Below the pieces are notes generated by a model that worked only from the letters and a program-made list of their open reading frames with translations, was not told where the DNA came from and did no database searches. A stretch of DNA of 64,000 nt from Takakia lepidozioides (lineage: Eukaryota > Plantae > Bryophyta), in contig CM060733.1 in NCBI GenBank assembly GCA_030704615.1, positions 37,634,001 to 37,698,000 on the forward strand, given 5' to 3'. This document shows, in pieces, positions 1-12,028 of this stretch. The number at the start of each line of letters is the position of its first letter. Position 1 is the first letter of the stretch. The position numbers were made by a program, and so were the translations under genes.

Positions 1-1299
1 ACCACCACCCCTTCCTCTGCCACGCTTCTGCCGCAACAACAGACGATCATGTAGCAGAAAGGCAACAAGACCTCGGGCAGCCAGCAGCCCCAACAAACCA
101 ACCACCTTTCTCCACAATCATCAGGGGAAACCCCTGCAGCACACCCCCAGCTGCCGTTCCTCTGCCACCTACCTAGTCGACTCTCTGCCCTATTCCTCCA
201 TCGCCCGCCTGCTTTGAGAGCTCAATCAGGTATGTTCAAATGGCACCAGCGATATTGGTGGCAACAAGCAGGCGCCATGCCTGCTGCTCCATGGCTGCAC
301 GATCAAACGCGATCCCAGCGCGTCAGCCAAGATGGAGCAGAGCAGGGCTCCCCCGCGCAGGCTCGGCAGCGCACGTCTGTTCTGCACCTCCACCCAACGC
401 TCTCTTAGGGTCCGTCCGCTCCCTCGCCGCCGTACGCCGTCCACCCCGCCAAAGGATGTGACACGTGCCTCCACGACAATCCCGCGCGTCAGATTCGACG
501 CAAATTACAGGACGTAATCGTCGCCGTCTTTCCCCCGCGACGTTTCCAGCTGTGTATTCCGTGGAACAGTTTGGCCGGCCGTCTTTCTAGTCGCCGGACG
601 GAGTTCTCAGCTCTGGAATCGGGCCCCACGCCCGCCTGGTTCCGTTGACGTTTCAGTATTTCGTCGTACGGAGTGTGTACAGTGTCCGCGTAGAATACGA
701 TCACGCGTGTGCAATACCTGAATGTCCATCTATGTCCATATCCATCCTTCACTTACTGGATCACAATTCCACCAAAAATAAATAAATAAAAATAAAAAAA
801 ATTCCACAACCATGTGTGTTCTCACCCAGGCTCATTCTGCTCGCTGGTTAACTTGCTGTGATTGGGTTTCATCTACTCTTAAGTTTGTTTTTTTTTTTCG
901 GAAAACTCTATTTTATTTTTTTGAGGAACGAGACATATCCCGGCCCAATTGCTGCCAAAAGAGGCATAGGCAAAAATAACCAGGAATGTCATCAAGCTTA
1001 CAAGGAGACAACCTACCTTTGCTTTTCGTTCGGGTTGTTATAGTGTCTCAAATCTAAAACAGATGCACTGAGGACATCTTTATTGTTCTAGGTCCGCCAT
1101 CTTTTATATATTTCTCTTGCAAGTGGAAATCTGTCTTGTTTTTCCGTCCTCTCCTTCTTTTAAAGTGTTTGCAAGTCGTTCACTTCTTCAAAGGTTGCAC
1201 TCATGTGTATCTATATCAGAAATTTACTTCTTCTTTCCTTCAGTATTTAAAAAAAAAAAAAAAAAAACCAACAGGGAGAGGAGGCCCTCGTATCTTTGA

Positions 1300-1490
1300 A
1301 AGGAGTAGTCGATGCATTTGTACTGTATTTATGAATTTTAGGCATAGGAGGTCATCCTTGGGAAGATAATTAAAGGTCTATTCAAGCAACTCCGTGTCCA
1401 AGTCCTCAATGTTTGCATTATTCAATGCATCTTTCTCATCCTTCTGTGAACATGCTAGGAGTTGAAGCTTATGATGCCCCCCAACCTGAA
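1300..1490 (-). pseudogene. Possible F-box-like gene fragment (degenerate)
   Basis: The minus strand translates to NIEDLDTELLE*TFNYLPKDDLLCLKFIN, which resembles the F-box core (LxDLPxELLxxIFxYLPxxDLL). It contains an in-frame TAG. Confidence 0.25.
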
Positions 1491-2650
1491 AAAACCTCCA
1501 CTTCAATTTAGGATGGAACCACTCTTGATCACGCAAAAAAATCCCAAGATGATATATTCATGATATCATAGGTTGTGTGCTTTGTTTCGCAACCTACACA
1601 CCAAACCATGAATGGCATCTTACTATCAACAAACAATTGTCAACCCTACCCAATATTGCAAAGGACAGTCAATCCAAGGGTTTCAAAATCTAAAAATTCA
1701 ATGAAGTGGATCATGTAGAGAAAACTTTACTATCAGAGATCAGAGTCTGTATGCCAAATTCCTAAAGACTCACTATGTCTAAGGTTCTCAGCTGCTATGA
1801 CAGGAAGTCCAACTCCTTTGGATGATTAAGCCTATAGAGAGTGGGTTGAGTGGGGTGGCTACTCAGCGTAGTGGTCATCTGCAGGGAATGCAAACACTAA
1901 TGGCTCACCAATGACTTTTCCTACGTAACTGCTAAGATACTTTTAGTCCTAACAAATTTTAGACCTAGAGAGTGACTTCTGAGATTAATCATATTTGATC
2001 CTGCTGATCACGGTGAGGATCTCCAACATTCAAATGTTTAAAGATTTTTGATTTTATAGTTAAACTTTCAAAATGTTGGATGATGAAGTCCAATGTATTC
2101 TCGATGGTTCACCAACTATGTACCTTATGGGTCACAGTTTAGGTTATGATTTCATAACATTATGCTCACCCTAGGTCATATATATGCGTGGCCAACTACT
2201 TACCAAGCATTGTGACTCAGTACATCCCTCTCTCATTCATAAGAAAATCTCATTTTCAAATTGATGGGGATTCCTTTTTCTTTTTGTTCCACTCTACATC
2301 TCAAGCTCTCGAAAAGACTCCCATTCAATTAACTATGATTGAGCTTATATTCAAATAGTTCACAATCCACTGATAGCAAATGTCATTATCAACAAACACA
2401 ATTGCTACAGGGTGAAGTGGCTCCCAGTAATTACACTAGCTGACCCGACGTCTTCTCTCTCTTTAAATAGTCAGTACCACAAGAAATTTGTTGAACGCCA
2501 ATCAACGTTACATTTCTCATCCTAATGTACGATCTGCAAATTCCTATGGGAATTAAACAAATGCATGTAATTCATGCAAGCCCTGCCCTCTAGTAATTAT
2601 GAATAGATAGTAAAAAATTGGAAGATTACACAGTGTTTATTAATAAATAT

Positions 2651-2700
2651 CGCGGTAACAGGATTTGAGCCCTGAATCATCCGAGTGGCATGCAGGGTAA
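2651..2700 (-). mobile_element. Fragment of the tRNA-derived SINE family seen at 17.1-18.0 kb
   Basis: ggatttgagccctgaatcatccgagtggca aligns with ggatttgatcccagaatcatccgggtggca at about 17313-17342, the B-box region of that SINE. Confidence 0.5.
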
Positions 2701-4825
2701 TATCCTCATTTATGGCATGCACAAGGAGTTGAACTCCAGACCTAAAGGCCAAACAAAACTGGTTGTGACCACTGAAACTGTTCATCCAAGGGATATCATT
2801 CATTAGAAATATGGACAAAATATTCTATTAACAGCTGTCTCGATCGAATTGGAAGTGTTATCGAAAGTATGTAATCGAAAGTGTCGGTGCTAAACTAGCC
2901 AAAAGCAGGTGAACCCTTTGCGTAGTCCTGCCTTGAGAAGGCAAGGCCAATAGGCTTTGGAGGTTTGTAAAAAGAGATGGAACATATTCATTATGGCAGT
3001 TATGTCAGGGCCCTCAAAGACAATATCAGAAACTCCTACTTGGAGTTCTGAAACTCAATGCCTTGCGAGTCAACCTTCTGGGAAAAATCTCCAATTGTCT
3101 TGAGAAGATCCTCAAATGATGGCCCCGACCTCTTGATCCTGACCGTAGACTCTCCAATCGGCAACTTGTCAGCATCCGCAGCTCTACGAGAAATCCTTTG
3201 CATTTGACGATCTTTCTGAACATCTCTCACCCAATCGAAGATCACCGCAGCTGGAGGGCCACGCGTCAAAACATCAAAAACTTCAGATTTCACGGAGAGA
3301 GCCATCCTGGGCAAAACTATCAAAACATAAACCATAAGTTTTAATCAAAACAAACGCCTCTAGAGATGAACCTTGCTAGATGTTATCTTTGGGGTATTGC
3401 AAGCACGCTCATTCTGGAAATCCACATCACAGAAGAGACCTTAGAGAAGTTAAGAGTAAAACGGAAGTCTTTTTTTCTTGTGCAGTCATTGTTTCAATAT
3501 TATTGAGCCCATGTTGTATTGATCTTGTACTTTTCTATGTCTCTATATAAATTTACTACTTGGTTAAATGATGCACTTTGACAATATTACTATTGGGAGA
3601 GACAAATTCTTGGAGATGGTGAGAGGGCGGTTTTATTGCAATTTCGGCAAGACATAACAGTGAAACACTTCAACTTTGGTATGTTTCCAGTGTGATTCAA
3701 TAGTAGTAATTGTACAATATCGAATTGCATGCTCAACGATTGAAATTGTTACGAACAATCATATGTGACAAACAATTGTATTTTATATTCATTGCAATAT
3801 TGTCGACATTTTTGGTATACTCTAAGATCATCTAGTTGCACGAATTGGGCACAACGACTCGATGGTTTCTCTTGGGCCTTGTAATCTATAAGATGTCAGT
3901 CATGGTGAATTTATACTTAATCTTTTTTCACAATCGTTATAACATGTTCATATGTTATAACCATTATTCTAATGGTGGTCAATAATGTACTATATTCTTT
4001 GTTCATGAAGGTAAAAGACTAGTTTTAGTGTAGAGCATGAATATGGTTTCATAGTGCCACATCATTGTCAGCCACATCATTCTTGGCATTTTTAACTTGT
4101 CCGAATTGCCCAAAAAACAACATGAGACACGTCATCTTTTCTGTGAGGCACGTCATCTTCAGCCGCATCACAGTCGTTGTTTTCTGTCGAAACTGCCCGA
4201 ATTGTCCAAACTGCTACGATAAACCAAAGAAACCAAAATAAAATAAAATATTGGAGATTAATATCTAAAAATAATATGCAAAACTTGTTTAAAGTTAACA
4301 ATGTAATACTACTTTATTTATCCATATACGGATAAAATAAGGTAATGGAATGTTTTACTAAAGGGAAATAAGATAAACCTTAGTGAGATTTCATGAGTGA
4401 GACTCTTCAGTAAATGTCTTAAGTAGATACGATCTGTTGCTACAGAATTTAGCAACTGTTGTGACAAAGATTCAAGGCGATTTGCAGAGATTCTAAGAGA
4501 TAGATAAAATATATTTTAAATTAAGAAATACTGAACACCTGAGAAAATGTGCATTAAATTTAAAAAAAAACACTGCATTGTTTATCATGACATTAAATCA
4601 AAATTCAAAACAAACTAAAATGTGTAATAATTCAGAATGAAAATAATAATAATAAATGATATCCATAAAAAGTCACAACTTGCATAACAACGAATAAAAA
4701 TAAGATAAAGGCTAAATTTAGAAAAATTGAAGGGTCACTTGGTGACATTGTTCTCTTAAGTTGTCACTAGTAGTGCGGAGCTACGCAAACCTAGTTGTTA
4801 TAGTAATGGTGGTTGGTAATGTATT

Positions 4826-4892
4826 GCATTTTTAGCTCAGTTGAATAGAGCTACAACTTTTTTTAATTCGAAGGTCACAAGTTCAAATCAAA
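4826..4892 (+). pseudogene. Degenerate tRNA-like sequence (tRNA-Arg/Lys-like pseudogene, organellar remnant or SINE head)
   Basis: gcatttt-TAGCTCAGTTGAATAGAGC-tacaac-tttttttaat-tcgaaggtcaca-AGTTCAAATC. D-arm/A-box and T-arm/B-box sit at tRNA spacing, but the anticodon loop is expanded and the acceptor 3' strand is lost. Confidence 0.5.
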
Positions 4893-5199
4893 GATCTTAT
4901 CTTGACATCAAATTATGGAAATGAATGCAAGCCCATCAAATCACATCATTTTTGATAAAAACTCAACTTAACAGGTTTTCAGTAATAATGGTAAAATTAA
5001 GATATAGTTTAAAATTCATTATTTTCAGAGCTTGATGTATTTGTCCAAGTGTCAAAGATATGATCTCTGCTTCACGTAGGCCAATCTAATTTCAAAAAAT
5101 GTTACATGAAATTGAGATAGATACATGAGAAATGAGCTGCACTTTTCGGGCCGAGGTTCTAGGGGCCATTATCGGCCATTATGCCCTCCAAGAACCCCA

Positions 5200-5430
5200 T
5201 AGCCCTCTTGTCATTTTCATTGAGCACATATGGGGCCAACGGTTTTAAGAGCTTGTTTGCTGTTGTGGGATGAGGTTTCAGCCACATATGTGGACGAATA
5301 CCACATAATTCCACATCGTTCCTGGACGTAGCTGCGTCCTTATCTCCAAGAATAGCTTGTAACCCATTTTCACACAATTTTTTTTCACAATGCATAAGAT
5401 CCAATGTGCTCATTCTGGTTTTCAGACAAC
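5200..5430 (-). mobile_element. CACTA (En/Spm) TnpD/Tnp2 transposase fragment
   Basis: LDLMHCEKKLCENGLQAILGDKD...RNDVELCGIRPHMW...APYVLNENDK matches the conserved LDVMHIEKN...KD...R.DL...GIRP.L...A.Y.L...EK block of CACTA transposases. Confidence 0.75.
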
Positions 5431-5966
5431 GTGATTGTGAAACATCAAGCAGTCTATATTGTTGATGGAGGTCCGCCAAACAGCATCCCTAAGTAATTTC
5501 AAGTCCCTCAAAAGCTCTTTTCTATGCACGTGTTATAAGACAATAACATTGTTAAACATATATTACAATCTTAATATATATGATTACAACATCCCTACTT
5601 CTGGTAGTTGTCATGTAATCATTGCACAATTGCAAATGCATTTTGAATTTTGAAGTCATGCATATGTCTGCTTATATTGTCCTACATGATTATGAGACAC
5701 TACAACACACCCTATGTAATTTCGACGATTTAGTTTGACGTTGGCGTTGACTGTTGTCACTTTCGACTGTTCCAACCATTTTGCAGTCAAAATTTATATT
5801 AAAATATTTGAGGTGCTAGACAACCGCGAAATTTTTGACTGTAGTGAGAGACTTTGACTACCTAAAATGAGCTGACTGAGACAACCAGTTAATAAGAAGT
5901 AAAAAAAAAAAAAACTATTTTTTCACTGACCCACCATATTAATAGTAAACTAATCGTGTGCTGGTT

Positions 5967-6200
5967 AAGGTTAGTGAAACAAAACAACTGAATTAGTTGA
6001 ATGAATGATAAACAAACGCCTTGCTGGCAGCTATTGGATGAACGTATGAAAGGTTAGTGAAACAAAACAACTGAATTAGCTGAACGAGTGATAAACAAAC
6101 GCCTTGCTGGCAGCTATTGGATGAACGTATGAAATATAATTTTTGTGCACTGGATGAACGTATGAACGAACGATAAAGAAAACGCCTTGTTGGCAACTAT
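5967..6200. repeat. Tandem duplication of an ~83-bp unit (2 copies plus a partial)
   Basis: aaggttagtgaaacaaaacaactgaattag...aaacgccttgctggcagctattggatgaacgtatga occurs at 5967 and about 6050, with a partial third copy to about 6200. Confidence 0.85.
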
Positions 6201-7265
6201 CTACCCATGCAGGTTTCTTGTAGCTATTGATCTACAGGAAATCATAAGTAATATTGTGCTTGAAATCTGGCCCTTTTGGATGAATCTAGACCTAGTCTCT
6301 ATCCCTGCTCCTTCAGCTATCTCTGCCTCTGCACAAATCATGCACACATCAGGGAGCTAATGACAGGGGAGGAGGGCATGGCAATTCGAACCAGGGTAGG
6401 GAAGCTCAAATATTGTGCTCATGAGGACATGGCAGAGGGTGGATCCTCAACTAAAAATTTGCTGGCCTTTGTGGAGGATCTCAAGTCTCAGATTGTGCAG
6501 ACCAAGACTTTGCAGGAAGAATGATTGATATTTGACATTGTCTCTCGCATGCCCTAAGATCTGAAAATCAAGTTGAAAAAGTAAACCACGTGACTCTGTT
6601 CAACCCATCTGCTGAAGGCCTTAAGAGACATTTAGGGCCGGTTCTGATAAGAGGAAAAAACAGGGTGAAATGTGTTGAAGAAGGTGCCTTGAGTAGCAGT
6701 ACCTGAATTTTATCAATTGTGCCGTCGCTGCTACTGTTGCGGCTTCCAGTTGACCATCTACGCATGCAGGTTTCTTGTAGCTATCATTCCGCAGGGATTC
6801 ATAGGTAATCTGGAGCTTGAAATCCGGCCCTCTTGGATGAATCTGGACCCACACCTATCCCTGCTCCTTTGGCTATCCATACCTCTACACAAATCATGCA
6901 TAGTACCTCCTTGCTTTGCTGCTAGCAGCTGACAATGACAGCATAGATTTGTTCCAGCAAACACCCTAACCCTACTTCTCACACTAGTTCCTATGCTGAC
7001 TTGCGCTTCCAACAGGCATTCACCTTTTTGCACCAACGTCGAGCTAACTTGCAGAATTCAACCTGAAAATTTAGGGATGACTCTGAATCCTGATAACAGG
7101 GAAAACAGGCTGAAATGTGTTGAAGAAGGTGCTCATATGTATGCAAAGCCTCCATCCCGCGCCCGCTGTGCATATCCTGCAATCATCGCACTCCACGACA
7201 CCACATCTCGTTCAGCCATACTGTTGAACACTCCCTGCTGTCTCCGCTCTAAAGCTCCCATATAG
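6200..7265 (-). pseudogene. PLS-PPR gene fragments (5' intron/N-terminal region plus one S-P motif piece), minus strand
   Basis: ORFs MWVQIHPRGPDFKLQITYE...SYKKPA and QGVFNSMAERDVVSWSAMIAGYAQ. The region is the reverse complement of 7660-8200 and 9270-9680. Confidence 0.8.
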
Positions 7266-7609
7266 CACACGTCGTGACAATGGCCGACACAACAAGAGCA
7301 AACATACAGGTCGATCCCACAAACAGTACACTCGCTACGCGGCACTTCTCTCTCTCTATTCTCTCCTCCCCCCGCCCACCCGCTCTCTCATGTGCACACA
7401 GCAAGATACTAGTCTCTTAGAAACCTCTTATCCTGGTTCGCGAACCTTAAGAAAACACAGATGGTGGCACAAAGACAAACAAACGCTAAGTCCCTAAGCC
7501 TGCGGAGCTCTTGAACCACGCCGACCCAAAAAACACAGTCCCCCAGCCAGGCTGCACACTGCGACCTAGCAACCCTAAACTCGAACCAAGTGCATTATCA
7601 TCCGTTCAT

Positions 7610-8910
7610 ATGCCGCAGCAGCAGCAGCACAACTGATAAAATCAGGCACTGGTAATCAAGGCACCTTCTTCACATTCACCCTGTTTTTCCCTCTTATCAA
7701 AATCGGCCCTGAATTTCCATGTTGAATTCTGCAAGTTAGCTGGTTGAGTGAATGTAGTTTAGAGTGATTTTGACATGATACTGCCACTGTGACAACAGGA
7801 AAGTGTCCAAAAATACGTAACAGAGATGAGGAGAAGCTGTGGAATGAACACTTTTCTGACCCCAGTCAATGGTGGGACACCAGGCAAAATTGATAATGCT
7901 TGTTAGATTACAGGAGAGTAGTAGACGCAATTCAGTATAGGAACTAGTGTAATAAGCTGAGTTGGGTGTTTCCTAGAACAAATCTAGGCTGTCATTATCA
8001 GCTGCAAGGCAAGGATGTATGCATCATTTGTGCAGAGGCATGGAGCGGGGATAGAGTGTGGGTCCAGATTCATCCAAGAGGGCTGGACTTCAAGCTCCAG
8101 ATTACCTTGATTTCAGGTGGATCAGTAGCTACAAGAAACCTGCATGTATAGATGGTCAACTAAAGGCAGCAGCTGCAGTGGCACAGTTGATAAAATCAGG
8201 CACCTCAACCATGACCACAGCTGTTGAAATTAGAGGATCAAGAGAGGGAGTCCACAATGCCTCTTCTGGCACTTCTGGGCTGTGAAGATACTTTGTGCGG
8301 CAGGCAGACTGACAGAGGCTCTACAGACTCTAAACCAAGGAGGCATTTCAGCAGATTCAGATATGTCTGTTTGTTGCTTAAGTGCATCAGTTGGATGGTC
8401 TGGACGCTGGAAAGCAGGTGCACACTCACATTATCCAAAGTGGATTCACACCAAGTGTTTTTCTACTCAACACCCTTGTCAACATGTATGTTAAGTGCGG
8501 GAGCATCATGGATGCTCACCAAGTGTTCAACAGAATGCCTCAATGATCTTTGATCACGTGGAATATTATGTTGGCAAGATTTACCAAGCGTAGGTGTGGT
8601 AGGAATGCTTAGGAGACCTATGAGCAAATGTTGCGTGAAGGGGTGAAGCCCAACCACATCGCGTTTGTTTGTGTTTGCAATGCGTGTGCAAGCCTGGGAG
8701 CTCTGGAAAAGAGGGAAGAGGTCCATAGTGACATTGTCAAAGCTGGAATTGTACCAGATGTCATCCTGGAAACAGAAGCGGCAGCAGCCCTATTGATAGA
8801 ACAATTCGCTGCTAATGAAGGTACCTTCTTCAATACATTTCACCCTGTTTTGCCATGTTATCAGAGTCGTCCCTAAATTTCATGTTGAATTCTGCAAGTT
8901 AGCTCATTCA
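7610..8910 (+). pseudogene. PLS-PPR pseudogene copy 1 (N-terminus plus first L-S-P-L motifs, frameshifted)
   Basis: VQIHPRGLDFK..., KILCAAGRLTEALQTLNQ, LLNTLVNMYVKCGSIMDAHQVF and MLREGVKPNHIAFVCVCNACASLGALEKREEVHSDIVKAG occur in shifting frames. Confidence 0.85.
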
Positions 8911-9269
8911 TGATGTGAGCTGGCATGAGTTTTATAAAGATCCTTCACGATGGTGGGACAACCGCAATCACAAGGTGTGGCTTTTCTTAATGTACGATGT
9001 GAAGAAGTTTGTCCATCCTGCAAAGGTGGGCTCTTGGCTCCTGTTAGTACCATGATTTGGTGTTCTTCCTGATGTTTACAAGGTTCTTGGGAGAGTCAGC
9101 TTGGTCTTAGTAGGCCGTGTTTCAATCTCTGCCTGCTCAGCTGCACCGTGGTGGTTCTCACAGACCAATCCAACATTACCTGACTACAGACACAAACATC
9201 ACACACAAGAGGTCATTTTGGGTTGATGCTCGGTCAAATTCTCCATGGGTCAAGGACAATGTGGTGAGG

Positions 9270-11050
9270 GCACCTTCTTCTTTGACCTGTTGCAGCCTGT
9301 TTTGCCCCCTCATCAGACTTGGCCCTGAGATGCATATTGAATTCTGTAAGTTAGCTCATTGGGTGGATCTGTGGTGGTTTGGAGTGACTTTGAACTAGTG
9401 TGATAAGTAGGGTTGGGGTGTTTGCTGGAACAATTCTAGGCTGTCATTGTCAGCTGCTAGCAGCAAGGCAAGGATGTATGCATGATTTTGTGCAGAGGTA
9501 TGGATAGCTGAAGGGGCAGGGATAGAGTGTGGGTCCAGATTCATCCAAGAGGGCTGGATTTCAAGCTCCAGATTACCTATGATTCCATGTGGATCAATAG
9601 CTACAAGAAACCTGCTGCATGGGTAGATGGTCAAGTAAAGGTAGCAGCTGCAGCGGCACAGTTGATAAAATCAGGCACCTCAACCATGACCACAGCTTCT
9701 GAAAGAGGATCAAGAGAGGGAGTCCACAATGCCTCTTCTACTGGGCATGTGAAGATGCTTTGTGAGGCAGGCAGACTGACAGAGGCTCTACAACTTTAAA
9801 CCAACAAGGCATTTCAGCAAATTCAGATACGTCTGTCTGTCTCTTGCTTAAGTGCATGAAGATGAAAGGTCTGGAAGCTGGAAACACCACACTCACATTA
9901 TCCAAAGTGGATTAACGCCAAATGTTTTTCTACTCAACACCCTTGTCAACATGTATGTTAAGTGTGGGAGCATCATGGATGCTCACCAGGTTTTCCACAG
10001 AGTGCCTCAACGATCTTGATCACGTGGAATATAATGTTGGCAGGATTTACCAAGGATGGGTGTGGTAGGAGTGCTTTGGAAACCTATGAGCAACTGCTGC
10101 GCGAAGGGTGAAACCCAACCACATCACATTTGTTTGTATTTGCCATGCGTGTGCAAGGCTGGGAGCTCTGGAAAAGGGGAAAGAGGTCCATGGTGACATT
10201 GTCAAAGTTGGATTTGTACGAGATGTCATTCTGAACACTGCCCTGGTGGACATGTATGCCAAATGTGGGTGCATTAAGGATGCGAAGGGAGTTTTCAACA
10301 CTATGGCTGAACGAGATGTGGTGTCATGGAATGTGGGGGAATGTGATGCTTGCAGGGTATGCACAGCAGGGACATGGTATGGAGGCTTTGGAGACCTATG
10401 ATCAAATATTGATGGGGGAAGGGGTGAAGCCCAACCACATCATGTTGCAGCATACTGGTACTTCACAGCCATGGCGGCTCTCTCAACCCCTCCATTTTTT
10501 TTTTCTTTTGGTTTTTTTGGCGCTGGGAGAGAGCAGCAGCTCTGCTGTCTCCTTCCCCTTGTTTATGCCGATCGCTAAAGGGGAAATTGTCATTCTGAAC
10601 TCTGCCTTGGTGGACATGTATGCCAAATGTGGGTGCAGCAAGCCTGATGTGAAGGGAGAGTTTGACAATATGGCTGAACGAGATGTGGTATTTTGGAGTG
10701 CCATGATTGCAAGGTATGTGCAGCATGGATATGGGATTAAGGCTTTGGAAACATAAGAGCAAATGATGTGGGAAGGGATGAAGCCAGACCAGGCCGTCAT
10801 GTTCATTTGTTTTTGTAATATGCATATGCGAGCCTAGCAGCCCTGGGAAGGGGCAAAGAGGTTTATGGTGACATTATCCAAGCTGGAATTGTACCAGATG
10901 TCATTCTGAACATTCCTCTGGTGTACATCTACGTCAAATGTGAGCCTGGCAGCCCTCAAAAGGGCACAAAGGTCCATCATGACATCATCAAAGCTGGAGT
11001 TGTCACTCTAAACACTGCCTTGGTGGATATGTATGTCAAGGCAGCCCTGG
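9270..11050 (+). pseudogene. PLS-PPR pseudogene copy 2 (about 8 degenerate motifs, no E/DYW), paralogous to the intact gene at 18.1-22.0 kb
   Basis: KMLCEAGRLTEALQL, KPNHITFVCICHACARLGALEKGKEVHGDIVKVG...ALVDMYAKCGCIKDAKGVFNTMAERDVVSWN, with multiple frameshifts and stops. Confidence 0.9.
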
Positions 11051-11051
11051 A

Positions 11052-11513
11052 AGTGGATGTCACTTTGGGTGACAAGGTAGCTGGCACCACCATTCTCTGG
11101 AACTCATTCTCAAAATGATTTCTAATGTTCTCTTGACATGTCCACGATAGTGTCGGACCTAGCTGCACAGCAGATTATCCTTACTCAATGACTTCAGTTG
11201 GGCAGTGATCTATGGATATGGCAACATGGCCCTCATGTTGGTCATTTGTAGAATGTGGCCAAAACTTGTTTAGCAAAACACTCTTGATGTAAACGAGTTT
11301 TGAGCCATCCAAATGTTTTTGGTTCCGACCTGTATTTGTATTCTATGTTTTGTTGTATTTGTAATATATTTTCAATGCAGTGCAGCGAATCAAAAAATTT
11401 AAATGCAATTCCACTAATTCACGTACGTACAGATATAAACTAAAAGTAAATGAAAAAAACCAAATAACAGTAATAAAAAAAACCAAATATTAAATAAAAA
11501 GCCTCCCAATTCA

Positions 11514-11546
<33 letters not shown>

Positions 11547-12028
11547 GTGTTTTTATATTTATATGTATATATGTATATACACCCCCGTGAAACATATTTA
11601 CTAAAATGTGTCCTCTTTTACTGCTTCACAGTAGAATATTACACTATACAAAGTCAAGCAAACTGATTTACAGTCAGACCGTATACTAAACATCATGGAC
11701 CATGTAGTCAATATGTTCCACTTCAGTTGATCCACTTTACTACACGTCATGCATCCACCTTATAATTCAGTTAAACCATTTTACTACACGTCATAGCCAC
11801 GTTGCATCCACGTCACATCCATGTCATACTGTGCTGCCTACACGTCACCCCCTAGGTTTTACTGTCACATTTCACTGTCAGAACCTGGCATCTGGATTCG
11901 ACTGCTTGACTGAAACGACTTGACCTTTGTCACGCATGTTCGACTATGGAGGCTGGGAGTAAAAATGTCGCAAACGACTAAAAAATGAGTCAAATACAGA
12001 GTCGAAAAGCCCAGCTTGTATTGTAGTG
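11052..12028 (+). mobile_element. CACTA terminal ~1 kb (end of Tnp1-like ORF, UTR, subterminal repeats, TIR); same family as the element starting at 37756
   Basis: Reverse-complement match to 37756-39000. 11852-12028 versus 37756-37935 is near-identical. Ends ...TTGTAGTG and contains a (TA)n tract at about 11512-11580. Confidence 0.92.

Larger units (their letters stand above)
5698..12028. mobile_element. Probable non-autonomous Pack-CACTA element carrying PPR gene fragments
   Basis: The left end CACTACAACACA (5698) and right end TGTATTGTAGTG (12017-12028; reverse complement CACTACAATACA) form an 11/12 TIR. Flanks are AGA/ACA (3-bp TSD with one mismatch). Both ends carry TGACT/TCGAC subterminal repeats, and the interior is PPR debris. 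Confidence 0.6.

Noticed and set aside
1-4300. Short ORFs at 214-752 and 3036-3335, and CACGTCA/CCACATCA motifs near 4060-4180
   Set aside because: No recognisable domain; probably TE debris that cannot be assigned.
4765-4796. Helitron 3' end (small hairpin plus CTAG); similar motif at about 14857-14884
   Set aside because: The stem is only 4 bp, the spacing is atypical, and no 5' end or Rep/Hel gene is visible.
5698-5846. 149-bp mini-CACTA (CACTACA...TGTAGTG with a perfect AGA TSD)
   Set aside because: The TIR match is only 7 bp versus 11/12 with 12028, and the subterminal repeats continue past 5846. It is kept as an alternative and not excluded.
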